Below are positions 13,336 to 25,248 of a stretch of 64,000 bases of DNA, one piece after another. This stretch comes from Proteromonas lacertae (taxonomy: Eukaryota), in assembly GCA_002245135.1 (NCBI GenBank), contig NGBS01000584.1, positions 310,001 through 374,000 of the forward strand, in the 5' to 3' direction. The notes below the pieces were generated by a model that was not told the origin of the DNA, did no database searches, and was given only the letters and a program-made list of their open reading frames with translations. Numbering within the stretch: the first letter of the stretch is position 1; each line of letters opens with the position of its first letter. Both the position numbers and the translations under genes were made by a program.

Positions 13336-14477
13336 CCCTGATCTCTCTAAATTCAAAAAAATAAGAAATGCCTTAACTGCTCAGTCAAAATGCTTTTTAA
13401 GTCATAAATGAAATGCACTATTTATTCATAAATTCTTTTTTGAAGTGAATGATTGTTGTTTTAATCTCTGTATTTCAATCTCAATTCTATTTCATTTAGT
13501 AATAGTAATGTATATCATTGCAATATAAATGTATTTCAATCTTAAACATTGTTGATTAGTTGATGAGTGAGATTTATTCTCCTAATAATCTAGAATTTAA
13601 CATGTAATTTTGTAAAATATGCATATATTAATAGTAATATATATTATTATGTGAATCGATTTTCATTATTCATTTTACTCACTTTTATCCATTTAATAAA
13701 TACATATGGTATGGTATATCAATCAATTATTCACATCATAATCAAATGAAAGCCGATATTTAGAAGATTATTCACTGATAATGGTTATTTATCTTCTCAT
13801 GTTAGTTAAATAGAATTATACAAACAGCCTAGATACACATATGTAATATTAAATACAGTTAAGAGATATAAAATTAAGATTAAAATACATACACATAATA
13901 AATTAATTACAAGCATCATAAAACGAATAAACTTCTAAATGAGTGGGTACTCGAGTAAACTTAGTGTTATCCGAGCTTGAATTCTATGAAATACATTAAA
14001 CAAGAATAAAAATACTGTAGATGTTTGTTTAACACTCGTAGTTTTGTTTGATTTTGATCTTATTCTGAAATTTATACCAAACATACTCTAACTTTAAAAA
14101 GGATTTATTAAAGAATTTTTGAGATTTTTTTATTTGTCCGTTACAATGACGTAGTTTTTTTGTTTATTGTGTGTTTTCTTTATAGTATCTTTACATAGAG
14201 GATTAAAAACTCACAAAACCTTTATAATCTTTACCTCTATATCATTTGTGAGAAAAATAGTTCGTATAATATAATCTAGAAATTATCTCTCTCACCATAT
14301 TAATTTAACGTAACATATTCTATTACTAAAATTTAATCACTCATAATCAAGCCATGTGATGATAATTTTAATTATAAAAATAATAGTCGTTCAAATGCTT
14401 GATCATGCTTGGTGATTTATTGAATCTCGAGATTCACATCTATTAATTGCATCTTTAACTTTAATAGTTGATCAAAT

Positions 14478-16295
14478 ATGTCTACAGAACCTCAAAAGGT
14501 TTTAGAGATAGAAAAGAAATCAGAAACTGAAACCAGAAGAGCATCAGTCATAGTTTCTGAAATAAGTGAAGAAGAATTGGAAAGAAGTAACTTTAAGATT
14601 GATGGATTGGATATTGACATGCCAGAAACACCAGAAGTAAAGGAAAGCAAGTGGAAGAGTTATGGTTTAGTTGCTTTACGAATACTCATGTTAATAGCTT
14701 TATTATACGGTTTTATAGTTGGTCTTACGCTTCTTAGTGATGCTTTCAGAGTAGCTGCAGGAAAAGCTGCATCTCAATTATTTAGTTTCTGTGATAATCC
14801 CATCACTGGTTTAGTTATTGGTATATTAAGTACAGTGTTGTTCCAATCCTCCTCTACCACAACCTCAATCGTAGTAAGTCTAGTAGCAGCACAAGCAATC
14901 TCTGTCGGTTATGCAGTTCCAATAGTAATGGGAGCAAATATTGGCACATCCATAACCAATACAATTGTTGCAATTGGACAAATCAAATCAGGTAATGAAT
15001 TTAGAAGAGCATTTTCTGGTGCTACTATTCATGATTTCTTCAATTTATTATCTGTTTTATGTCTATTACCAGTTGAATGGATAGTAATGGCTGCTAATAA
15101 TGAATGTGGATTTTTATGTTGGATGACAGGTGAAATTACTCATGCAATTTCTGGTTTAAATGGTGGAGAATTCTCTTCTCCATTAGATGCAATCGTTAAA
15201 CCATTTACTCAAGTAATCGTCAAAGTCAATAAGAAAGCTTATAATGCGTTTAGTTATGGCTGTGGACCAGATGCTAAAGCTAAATGTATATTGCCAACAC
15301 CAATACCAACTCCAGTTAGTAATTCAACCTATGAATTTGGTTGTTTAAGTGATAATGGTAAAATATGTATGGATCCTGACAGTTGGCATGCTAAATATGA
15401 TGGAATGTCATTAATATCAAAGTGTTGGTTGAAAGATAGTTGGGGATTTAGTGATACAGTGAGTGGTGTTGTATTGATTGTTATTTCATTAATTATATTA
15501 TGTGGTTGTTTGGTACTTATGGTAAAAGTATTACATAAATTAATATTAGGAAAAGCTGAGAAGTTTTTAAAGAAAGCTTTGAATATGAATGGTGTATTAG
15601 CTCTGATTATTGGAACTGTTGTTACAGCTGTTGTTCAAAGTAGTTCTATTGTTACAAGTACTTTAACTCCATTAGTAGGAGTTGGTGTATTAAAATTAGA
15701 AAAAATGTTACCGTTAACATTAGGTGCAAATATTGGTACAACAACAACATCCTTAATTGCAGCATTAGCTTCAAGTTCAACAGATTCTATTCAAATCGCA
15801 TTATGTCATTTATTCTTTAATATTTTTGGTATTTTAATATGGTATCCTATTCCAATAATGAGAAATATTCCAATTGGTTTAGCTAAATGGTTAGGTAGAA
15901 CTGTACAGAAATACAGATGGTTTGGTTTTGTGTATATTATTGGCGTATTTATTTGTGCGCCATTAGTTATATTAGGTTTAAGCTTGTTATTAACTGGTAA
16001 TACAGCTAGTTTGATTGTTGGTATTGTTTTGATAGTGTTATTCTTATTGGGACTTAGTGGATTTATTGTTTATTATAAGTTCTTTGGTGGTAAGGAATTG
16101 TTATTACCTATTTTACATCGAACTGCTTTTAAAGATGTTGGTTTTGATAGGCATGATGAAGAAGCATTAGAAGAGAATGATAAGAAAAAGAAGAATAAGA
16201 AAGTAACAGTAGAAGTAAAAGCATTAGAAGGTAGTAATGATAAAGAAGAAGGAAAAGAAGAGGTGAAAATAGAAGAAGGAGAAGTAAAAGTTTAG
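14478..16295 (+). CDS. Sodium-dependent phosphate cotransporter (SLC34/NaPi-II/NptA family)
   Basis: Duplicated QSSS...GANIGT motifs, multiple TM helices, intronless 605 aa. Confidence 0.95.
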   Translation: MSTEPQKVLEIEKKSETETRRASVIVSEISEEELERSNFKIDGLDIDMPETPEVKESKWKSYGLVALRILMLIALLYGFIVGLTLLSDAFRVAAGKAASQLFSFCDNPITGLVIGILSTVLFQSSSTTTSIVVSLVAAQAISVGYAVPIVMGANIGTSITNTIVAIGQIKSGNEFRRAFSGATIHDFFNLLSVLCLLPVEWIVMAANNECGFLCWMTGEITHAISGLNGGEFSSPLDAIVKPFTQVIVKVNKKAYNAFSYGCGPDAKAKCILPTPIPTPVSNSTYEFGCLSDNGKICMDPDSWHAKYDGMSLISKCWLKDSWGFSDTVSGVVLIVISLIILCGCLVLMVKVLHKLILGKAEKFLKKALNMNGVLALIIGTVVTAVVQSSSIVTSTLTPLVGVGVLKLEKMLPLTLGANIGTTTTSLIAALASSSTDSIQIALCHLFFNIFGILIWYPIPIMRNIPIGLAKWLGRTVQKYRWFGFVYIIGVFICAPLVILGLSLLLTGNTASLIVGIVLIVLFLLGLSGFIVYYKFFGGKELLLPILHRTAFKDVGFDRHDEEALEENDKKKKNKKVTVEVKALEGSNDKEEGKEEVKIEEGEVKV

Positions 16296-16407
16296 ATTAA
16301 TGAGATATTTTTTTGTTTGACTATAACATTTTATATTTATTTAATATGAAGAATTTGTTTTTTAATAACAACAAAAACATAAAATAATCAAAAATCAATA
16401 TCAAATT

Positions 16408-18189
16408 TTACAATAATCCATCAAAGAAATCATTACCTTTATCATCAACAATCATAAATGCTGGGAAATCTTCTACATCAATCTTCCAAATAGCTTCCAT
16501 TCCTAATTCAGGATAAGCTAAACATTCAACCTTCTTAATACAATTCTTAGCAATAACAGCAGCTGGTCCACCAATTGAACCTAAATAGAAACCACCATAT
16601 TTCTTACAAGCATCAGTAACTTGTTTGCTTCTATTACCTTTAGCTAAACTAATCATACTTCCACCATGACTTTGGAATTTACCAACATAACTATCCATTC
16701 TACCAGCTGTAGTTGGACCAAATGAACCACTAGCACATCCTTGTGGTTGTTTAGCTGGACCAGCATAATAGATAATATGATCTTTAATATATTGTGGTAA
16801 TTCTTGACCATTTTCTAACATTTCGTTTAACTTAGCATGAGCAATATCTCTTCCTACAATAATTGGACCACTTAAACTGAATCTTGTTTTTACTGGATAT
16901 TTGGTCAATATCTTTAAGATTTCAGACATTGGTTGATTCAAATCAATCTTTACAACTTCACCAGCAGCTTGTTGAGAGTTCTTAAATCTATCAGGAATAT
17001 ATTGACCTGGGTTTTTCTCTAAATCTTCAATGAATATACCATCTTTATTTATCTTAGCAACAGCTTGTCTATCAGCAGAACAACTCACACCTAAACCAAC
17101 TGGACAAGATGCTCCATGACGTGGTAAACGGATTACTCTGACATCATGACAGTAATATTTGCCTCCAAATTGTGCACCAATACCTAATTGTTGGGTTAAT
17201 TTGTGTACTTTCTCTTCCATTTCTAAATCTCTAAATCCTCTTCCATATTCATTACCTGTTGTGTGTAAATTGTCATAGTATTTAGCTGATGCTAATTTGA
17301 CTGTTTTTAAGTTTACTTCTGCACTGGTTCCTCCAATAACAATAGCTAAATGGTAAGGTGGACAAGCGCTTGTTCCTAATGTCTTTATTTTTGTTTCTAA
17401 GAATTTCATCAAACTTTCTATTATAAATAAATACAATTAAAATACTTGGATTTAATAAAGCTTTAGTTTCTTGGTATAAATAAGTCTTATTAGCACTACC
17501 TCCTCCTTTAGCCATAAATAAGAACTTATACTCATTACCTGGAATAGCCATTAAGTCAATCTGAGCAGGTAAGTTAGTTCCAGTGTTTACTTCCTTATAC
17601 ATTGTTAGTGGAGAGTTTTGTGAATAACGAAGATTCAATTTAGTATATGCGTTATACACACCTTCTGATAATGCTTTCTCATCTTCGCCATCAGTCCATA
17701 CATATTGTCCTCTCTTACCTAATACGATAGCAGTACCTGTATCTTGACATGATGGTAATACGCCTTCTGCAGCAATTTGAGCATTTTGTAATAAGGTCAA
17801 TGCGACGAATTTATCGTTTTCTGATGCTTCTTTATCATCTAAAATTTTAGCTAATTGTTTTAAATGAGCTGCTCTTAAATAGTGAGAAACATCATGTAAA
17901 GCTGTTTGAGCTAATAATGTTAAACCTTTTGGATCTACTTGTAATATTTCTTTGCCTTGGACATTAATGGTTTTAACATAATCTCCAGTGATCTTTCGAT
18001 ATCTAAAATATAATTGAAGCTATATATACTTTGTAGTATCTGGCTTGGCTGTTTCAAAGATGTTTTGATAAACAAATGGTTTAACATTAGCGGCAAAGCA
18101 TCTGACACCCTATTCACATTAATAAACACAGTATATACATTAAAGCATGGTCTGAATGCATGTGTTCTTATTGCTAAAGCAGAAAGCAT
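16408..18189 (-). CDS. Class I (Fe-S) fumarate hydratase with N-terminal mitochondrial-type presequence
   Basis: [26 protein letters not shown] and GPTTAGRMD motifs. Three short introns; N-terminus [22 protein letters not shown]. Confidence 0.95.
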
Positions 18190-18401
18190 AGTTATATCTA
18201 TAAAATATCTAATAGATAACGAGAAAATACCCTTTGAAGTTAAAGATTCACACGAAAACCGAAACACCGAATAAAATTCATTCATCCAAAAAATAACCCC
18301 AAACACAACAAATAACAAAAAAACTATAATTTATAAACAATAAGTATATAATATTAAACCTAAAAGCATATAAATAAAATAACGACACACTTGGGAATAG
18401 C

Positions 18402-18863
18402 TTATTTTAAGATTTCCCATTTATGATAGTAGCTTTTACTAGAATTGAATCTAATACCAAACCTACGTCTAAAATCAATAATCCATCCTACACTAGCTTT
18501 GAAAGGCTTAACGTTTCTGTAGCTTTTGACATACTGATAGAACTTATTAGCTAATCTTTCAATCACAGAATCAGAAAACTTCTGTTCTTTAGCGGATAAG
18601 TCTTCGTAATTCCAAATAATCATAAATAATTTCAGCTCCTCTTCGTGAGTAAATATTTTATTACTCCAACATTTAGAATATAAATAATTCTCACCATGCT
18701 TTTTCCAAAGAGCATACTTCTCGGCCAATACTTGCTTACGCAACCCTGTTTTCTCCATTATTTCACCCATGTTGTTCTTCTCATCCAAAGATTTAAATAT
18801 ATCAACCCAGTCAGCTTGAGTAAGGCATCTATTAGCAACTGATCGGTATCTTCTCTTTCGCAT
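18402..18863 (-). CDS. Stand-alone CENP-B/Tc5(pogo)-type HTH DNA-binding protein without DDE domain
   Basis: N-terminal HTH, then FTHEEELKL...IERLANKF...FKASVGWIIDFRRRFGI, the hallmark of HTH_Tnp_Tc5. 153 aa. Confidence 0.8.
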   Translation of the reverse strand: MRKRRYRSVANRCLTQADWVDIFKSLDEKNNMGEIMEKTGLRKQVLAEKYALWKKHGENYLYSKCWSNKIFTHEEELKLFMIIWNYEDLSAKEQKFSDSVIERLANKFYQYVKSYRNVKPFKASVGWIIDFRRRFGIRFNSSKSYYHKWEILK

Positions 18864-19749
18864 TTTCTTGTTCTATAAAAATAAATGGCTTAGAGTTTAA
18901 TAATACGAAAAAAAGTTGAAGTAGATAGAATAATTAAATAAACGATTCTATTGGCTAAATCACTCATTATAAATCAATTGATCAGTCAATTGCTAGTGTA
19001 ACTGTAATAGATTTATTCTATTTTCTTCTACTAAGATGTACTACTGATGGTAGTTTATATTAAAATCATGTAAAAAGTTTTGCAGGTAGAACTGTAATAA
19101 AGTATTTTAGTTAGATAGCACACATTCACTGTATCAAAGATCATGTGCTTAACAGAAGGTTACTACTATTTCAAAACGTTTTATATCATTAAAAAATGAA
19201 TATACCCCCTTTCGCTCACTATTATCTCTAAAGAGGGATGTAGTTTCTTACTGCAAGCATTATGCCTTTTAAACTCCATAACTATCAAAATAATCACATT
19301 TTCAAACAAAGATTTTTGTGTAATTCTATCATGGTCTCATCCTATACAACAAGATAGTCTATATTCCTATTAACTGTCATATGATTATCGTATATTAATC
19401 ATCAATCAATACTTTATTCAGCAGCTATCTCATTATCATTACACATAACTTGTGTAATCTTCTGATCTTTTTTTGTAGCCATGCCAACATCATCACGTAT
19501 TATAAAATATATTAAGATACAGCATCAAATAAACACAGAAGTGTTATCTTTTTTAAAAACAGAACAAATTTTAAAATGTATTTCGTGATTCCTTACTATA
19601 TTACCAATACGACTCATATAAGTAAATCTTAATAATACTGGATTGAAATTCATATTTTCAAATCATCATTTCATCATTTTCGTTTTAAAATAAAAGCTTG
19701 AATCAGCTTGGTATCGTTTTTTCTTTTTCTTTATATTTTTTTAAATTTC

Positions 19750-20965
19750 ATGGGCTGTAGTAGTAGCACAGAGGAAATATCAGATCCACGACATGTAAAT
19801 TTGTCTCATTTTTGCGTGGAAAGGATTATAGGCCAAGGAAGCTTTGGTGAAGTTCATGCTTCAGTACATAAACCTACGTATTAATTTACCCTTCATACTT
19901 GTTAATAGCGGTAAATGGTATGCTTTAAAAATACTAGAGAAAACAGAAGTTGTTAGAAAGAATTCTGTGGATCAAGTCATAAATGAGAAGAATCTATTAT
20001 CTGAATTACATAACCCATTTCTTGTAAATATGTTTTATGCATTTACAGATAATGAATGTTGTTATATGATTCTAGATTTGTGTCTTGGAGGAGATTTGAG
20101 GTATAATATTTGATTAAATATATCTTTATTAATTTTTAATAGATATCAATTAATGAATTCACCTAAAAAACACTTTGAAGAATATCAAACTAAATTTTAT
20201 ATCGCTTGTATCTTATTAGCGCTTGAATATCTTCATTCTAAATCAATTATTCATAGAGATATCCAACCAGAAAACTTATTATTAGATTTTAATGGTTATG
20301 TAAGATTAACAGATTTTGGTCTTTCTCAAAAACTTGTCGATAACCATTGCAATGCAAAAACTGGTAATATATTATACACAGCTCCTGAAATAAGATCAGC
20401 TGATTCACACTCATATACTGCTGATTTTTATAATATTGGTATTATAACATATGAATTATTGTCTGGTAAAACTCCATTCACTGCTAGCGATGATGGTACT
20501 AAAATAGTAGGTGAAGCTGAGGTAGCTATTAAAAGATTAGAACATGTTAGCTCAGAAGTCGGAGATTTCATATTAAACACATTAAACCCTGATCCAACCA
20601 AGAGGCTAGGTTCAAAGAATGGCGTTAAGGAATTGATTAATCATTCTTGGTTTAATAAATTCGATTGGTCTTCTTTTAGGAAGAAAGAAATGGAATCACC
20701 ATTTTTACCAAACACAAAGAAAGAAAATTATAGACAAATACCCAAAGATCCATCCAGTGGTACGAAAAAAGGATTAACTGATGAAGAACAGAAGTCATTT
20801 GAAAAATATGAATATAATACATCTGTTGTTTTGAAAAATACAGGTTACCCGATTTATGATTTGTTGGCTATAGCAGAAGGGGATCATCTTGACACATCAG
20901 TATATTTTATTCTTTATATTTTGCAATAGAAACTATTTTATGGAGTTAACGATATACAGAAATAA
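19750..20965 (+). CDS. AGC-group Ser/Thr kinase (STK32/YANK-like), N-terminal MGCSSS acylation motif
   Basis: GQGSFG, YALK, LGGDLRY, HRDIQPEN, DFG and APE motifs. Three introns; stop TAA at 20963-20965. Confidence 0.88.
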
Positions 20966-21160
20966 AATGTCTATGTAATGTTTGTTTATTAATTATAATA
21001 TACTTAATTCAGATTATACTAATTTTGAATTTTTCCAGATTGTTTGATTGTGTTTTAAAATGTAAATTATTTATCTTAATTGGTGATTTTAAAATGAGTA
21101 AAGTTTTTATTGAATTTGGCCAATGAAAATGAGACAATTGTTTCGTGGGTTTTTTTCTGA

Positions 21161-23950
21161 ATGAAATATCATTTTTGCTTTTTTCTCGTTTGTGTGACAG
21201 TTTTTCTCCACGCAACAAGTGCAGTAGTGGTAGGCATTGATTTTGGTACTGATTTATTAAAAACAGCCATTGTAAAACCAGGCTTTCCATTCGAAACTGT
21301 CACTGATTTCAATAGTAGACGTTTAACTCCTTCCAGTGTAGCATTCTATGATGGAGATAGACTTTTTGGAGATGATGCAATCAATGTAGCCAACAAAAAA
21401 CCTGATTTAGCTTTCATGTATATGAAAACCTTGATTGGTCTGAATGACACATTGAAGGATGATAATATTCTCAGACAATTACGTTTCCCTATCAATACAG
21501 TAAAGAATGAAAGAGGAACAATGACTTTTAAGCTAGGTGAATCAATTCATGGTTTTGATGAATTTTCTATTGAAGAAATCATGGGAATGTTAATGGGATA
21601 TGTCAAAGCTATCTCAGAACACTTTGGTAACGATAAAGTCAGAGATTGTGTTATAACCGTTCCATCTTTCTATACTCAATACCAACGTCGTGCTATAATC
21701 GATGCTGCTGATAGTGTTGGATTCTTAGTTTTATCTTTAATCGATGAAAATACTGCTGCAGCTTTGCAATATGGTTTAGATCGTGTATTCGAGAATCAAA
21801 CACACATTGCATTAATATACAACATGGGATCAACTGGTACTGAAGTTACATTAGCAGAATATACAACAATCAACAACAAGAAGAAAAACACATTACAAAG
21901 AAAGTTTGAAGTACTATCAAAAGCTTGGGATACAAGTTTAGGAAGTTTATTAATCGATGTAGAATTAATGAAATACTTTGAAACTAAATTCTTTGAGAAA
22001 TACCATGTGAATGTCACTAATAACGTAAGAGCTAATGCAAGAATGAGATTAGCTGCTAAAAAGACAAAGAAAGTATTATCTGCTAATGATAATATGCCTG
22101 TGACAATTGAAACACTTGACGGTGATCATGATTTACATATTAAAGAGTTAAACAGAGATATAATCAACCGTGTAGTTGATATTAACAAAGATAGATTCAT
22201 TAAACCAATAGAATTCGTCTTAAAAATGGCGAATATTACTAAAGATAAATTAGATGTATTTGAAATCATTGGTGGTGGTACTAGAATTCCAAGAGTGAAG
22301 AAAATATTAAGTGATTATTATGGTCGTGAATTGAATGTTCATTTGAATGGAGATGAATCAATGGCATTAGGAGCAACATTCAGAGGAGCTAATATGTCCA
22401 ATTCACATAAGGTTCGATTTGTAGGAATGACTGATATCTCTGTGTATCAAGCATCTGTCAATATATTTGAAGATTTAGATAAATTTGTACCAACTGAAAG
22501 TATATATAATTATTATTATGTATAAATAGATCAAACTGAGCCTTGGTCAAAGAAAGCAGTATTATTCCCAATAGGAAGTGCTTATGGTAGTAGAAAAGTA
22601 GTATCATTCAGTAGAGATAAGAGTTTCAATATTAATTTACATTATGACGATACTGAAATGTTTCCACCAACGCAAGATCATAATATATTATCGTATAATA
22701 TAACTGGAGTAGAAGAAGCATGTTTGAAATATCCAGACTTGGGAAAACCAAAGATTCATTTGTCATTTATATTAACGGATAGTGGTACTTATAACTTAAC
22801 TAGAGCTGATGCTGAATGGGAAGAATACAAGATGGTTGAAGAAAAGAGTATGATTATTATTTCTATTGTTATTTATTAATAGAACCGAAGAAGAAACCAT
22901 CCAAGATTCCACCAATTACTCCAATCAAAACAAATGAAACTGATGCTGCTAATACAACAACAACAACAGAAGATAAAGAAAATGATAATAAAGAAAAAGA
23001 AAATCAAGAGAATGTAGAAAATCAAGAGAAAGCTGAAAATGTTAATTCAACTGAATCTGCTACAACCAATACAACAGAAACAGAAGAAGATGATAAGCCA
23101 AAGATGGTAAGAAAGAAGTTTATACGAACTGTTCATTTAAATATTAAAGAATATTATCCAGAAGGATCATTAAGACCACTCAGTCCTGAAGAAAAGAATG
23201 AAATCAAAGAAAAATTGAAATTATTAAATAAAAAGGATGAAGAAAAGAAACAACTAGGTCAAGCCAAATCAGAATTAGAATCAGCCATTTACAACACAAG
23301 AGAAAAGTTAGAAAATACTAAAGGAATAGATCAAGTAAGTGTAAAAGCAGATTTAGAAGCAATTTCAACAAAATGTAATGAATTAGAAGATTGGCTATAT
23401 GGTGATGGAAATTTAGCTACTTTAATAGAATATAAAGAAAAACATCGAGAATTGGATAAAATGATAAATCCAATATTATTTAGAGCAAAAGAATTATTCG
23501 AAAGACCCAAACAAGTCAAGAAAATAAAAAATTACTTCGCTGAATGCAGAAATAAGATTGAAGACTGGAAGAGCACAAAGCCTCAAATCACAGAAATTGA
23601 AAGAAATGATACTTTATTCCTTATTAACATAACTGAAGAAGATGTTAATGATTTAGTAGCTAAACAAGATGCTATTCCATTAACTGATGAACCAATCTTT
23701 ACATCCAATGATATTAAATATAAAATGAGAACTATTAAAGATAAAATGACAATGTTAAGTAGAAAGAAACCATTACCAAAACCAAAACCTCCAGCATCAA
23801 ATACAACTGAATCTGCTAATAATTCAACAACTACAGATAGTGGTACTACACCAGTGAACGCAACAGCATCCAGAGACAGGTGAAGCAGCAACTAATCAAA
23901 CTGAAACTGTGGAGGAATTTACTGAAGAGAATGAAGAACCAGAACTTTAA
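21161..23950 (+). CDS. HYOU1: ER Hsp70-family chaperone HYOU1/GRP170
   Basis: Signal peptide, GIDFG, AAALQYG, GGGTRIP, LNGDESMALGA and DWLY motifs. Two introns. A +1 shift at 23870-23871 restores an ER-retention-like C-terminus ...EEPEL*. Confidence 0.92.
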
Positions 23951-24370
23951 TTCACATTTTTCTTAGCTTTTATTTTTGACATTATTTTTCTATTATCAAT
24001 ATGTTTGTTGATTGTGCAAAACTATCTCACCATTAAAATAACATATAAACAAAGAAATTAATAAATTATTGTCAATTTTTTGATTTATTAAAGATTGTAA
24101 ATCCATGAATCCTATTATTCAACATTTTTATTGATTTTACATTATCTTCTGCTGAAACTAGAGTATTTTGAAGTTCCTATCAAAATGTAATAAAAACAGT
24201 TATACTTTTGTAGATCCAATCATGTTAATCGATGACTTATTTACATCTGAGAGTATTACAATAGATTCTGTCAACGGTGGATAAATAAATCGTCTGGAAT
24301 CCATTCTTATAATGTCAAACCACAAGAAAAAGCTTGAGAAACAATTTTCTAATTTTCTTATTTATTCTCG

Positions 24371-25075
24371 ATGGGATTATGCTCTTCTAAATCTGATGAC
24401 AATAAATCATCAAATGGTCCAGCTAACGTATATTTACAAAGTTATTTTGAATAGGCTCCAGCAATTCTACAATATGATGAACCAGAAACAGATACTCCAA
24501 AGATATTTAAGATAGTATTATTAGGAGATAAAGCAGTTGGAAAAACATGGTATATTTCAAGTAGATTGCTTTTTAGTATAACAACGAGGTACACACAGAA
24601 TTCATTTACAGAGAATCATGCACCTACTATTGGATATGCTTTTAGATCAAGAGATTTGAAACTAGTAGCAGAAAATGGACAAGAAGAAGTAATTAGACTT
24701 CATATATGGGATACAGCAGGAGAAGAAGCTTATAAATCAATGACTAAATTTTTCTACAGAGATACAAGTCTTGGATTAATTGTATATGATATTACATCAA
24801 AAATGTCGTTTAATAATCTAAATGGTTGGGTTAAAGACTTTAAAGATCAATGTCCAGATGCCAAAGTGATTATTGTAGGAAATAAAGTTGATGTAGAAGC
24901 AAATAGAAATGTAGACGATAGAACAGTTCAACAATATTGTTCAGAAAATGGATTTATTCATATGACATGTAGTGCAAAAGAGAATATAAGGATAAATGAT
25001 ATATTTGAAAGAGTTGGTATGGAATTAGGAGATTTAAATAGTAAAATTGTTTCAGTTAATCCTATTTCTACATAA
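24371..25075 (+). CDS. Rab GTPase (Rab5-group-like), N-terminally acylated, no C-terminal cysteines
   Basis: Spliced MGLCSSK... plus GDKAVGKT, TIGYAF, WDTAGEE, GNKVD and SAK motifs; ends VNPIST*. Two 27-nt introns. Confidence 0.88.
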
Positions 25076-25248
25076 TTAGTTTTAATTTTGTCTTTTTTGC
25101 TTTGTTTTTGTTTTTAATCAACCTATAAAGCATATCTATATTATTTCATATATAATATTAATTAATAGAAATTATTTATAAACGATCTACATATTTTCAT
25201 ATTTAAAAAATCTCTTTATTACTATTCTTATATTATTATTATTATTTA

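Noticed and set aside
18300..19000. Autonomous pogo/Tc5 transposon
   Set aside because: No DDE catalytic domain, and no terminal inverted repeats or target-site duplication were visible.
18864..19749. Possible ncRNA (hairpin CCCCTTT...AAAGAGGG at ~19205-19237; GCCTTTT resembling the U5 loop at ~19264)
   Set aside because: The stem is imperfect and the U5 loop consensus and flanking stem are missing. An Rfam scan would be needed.
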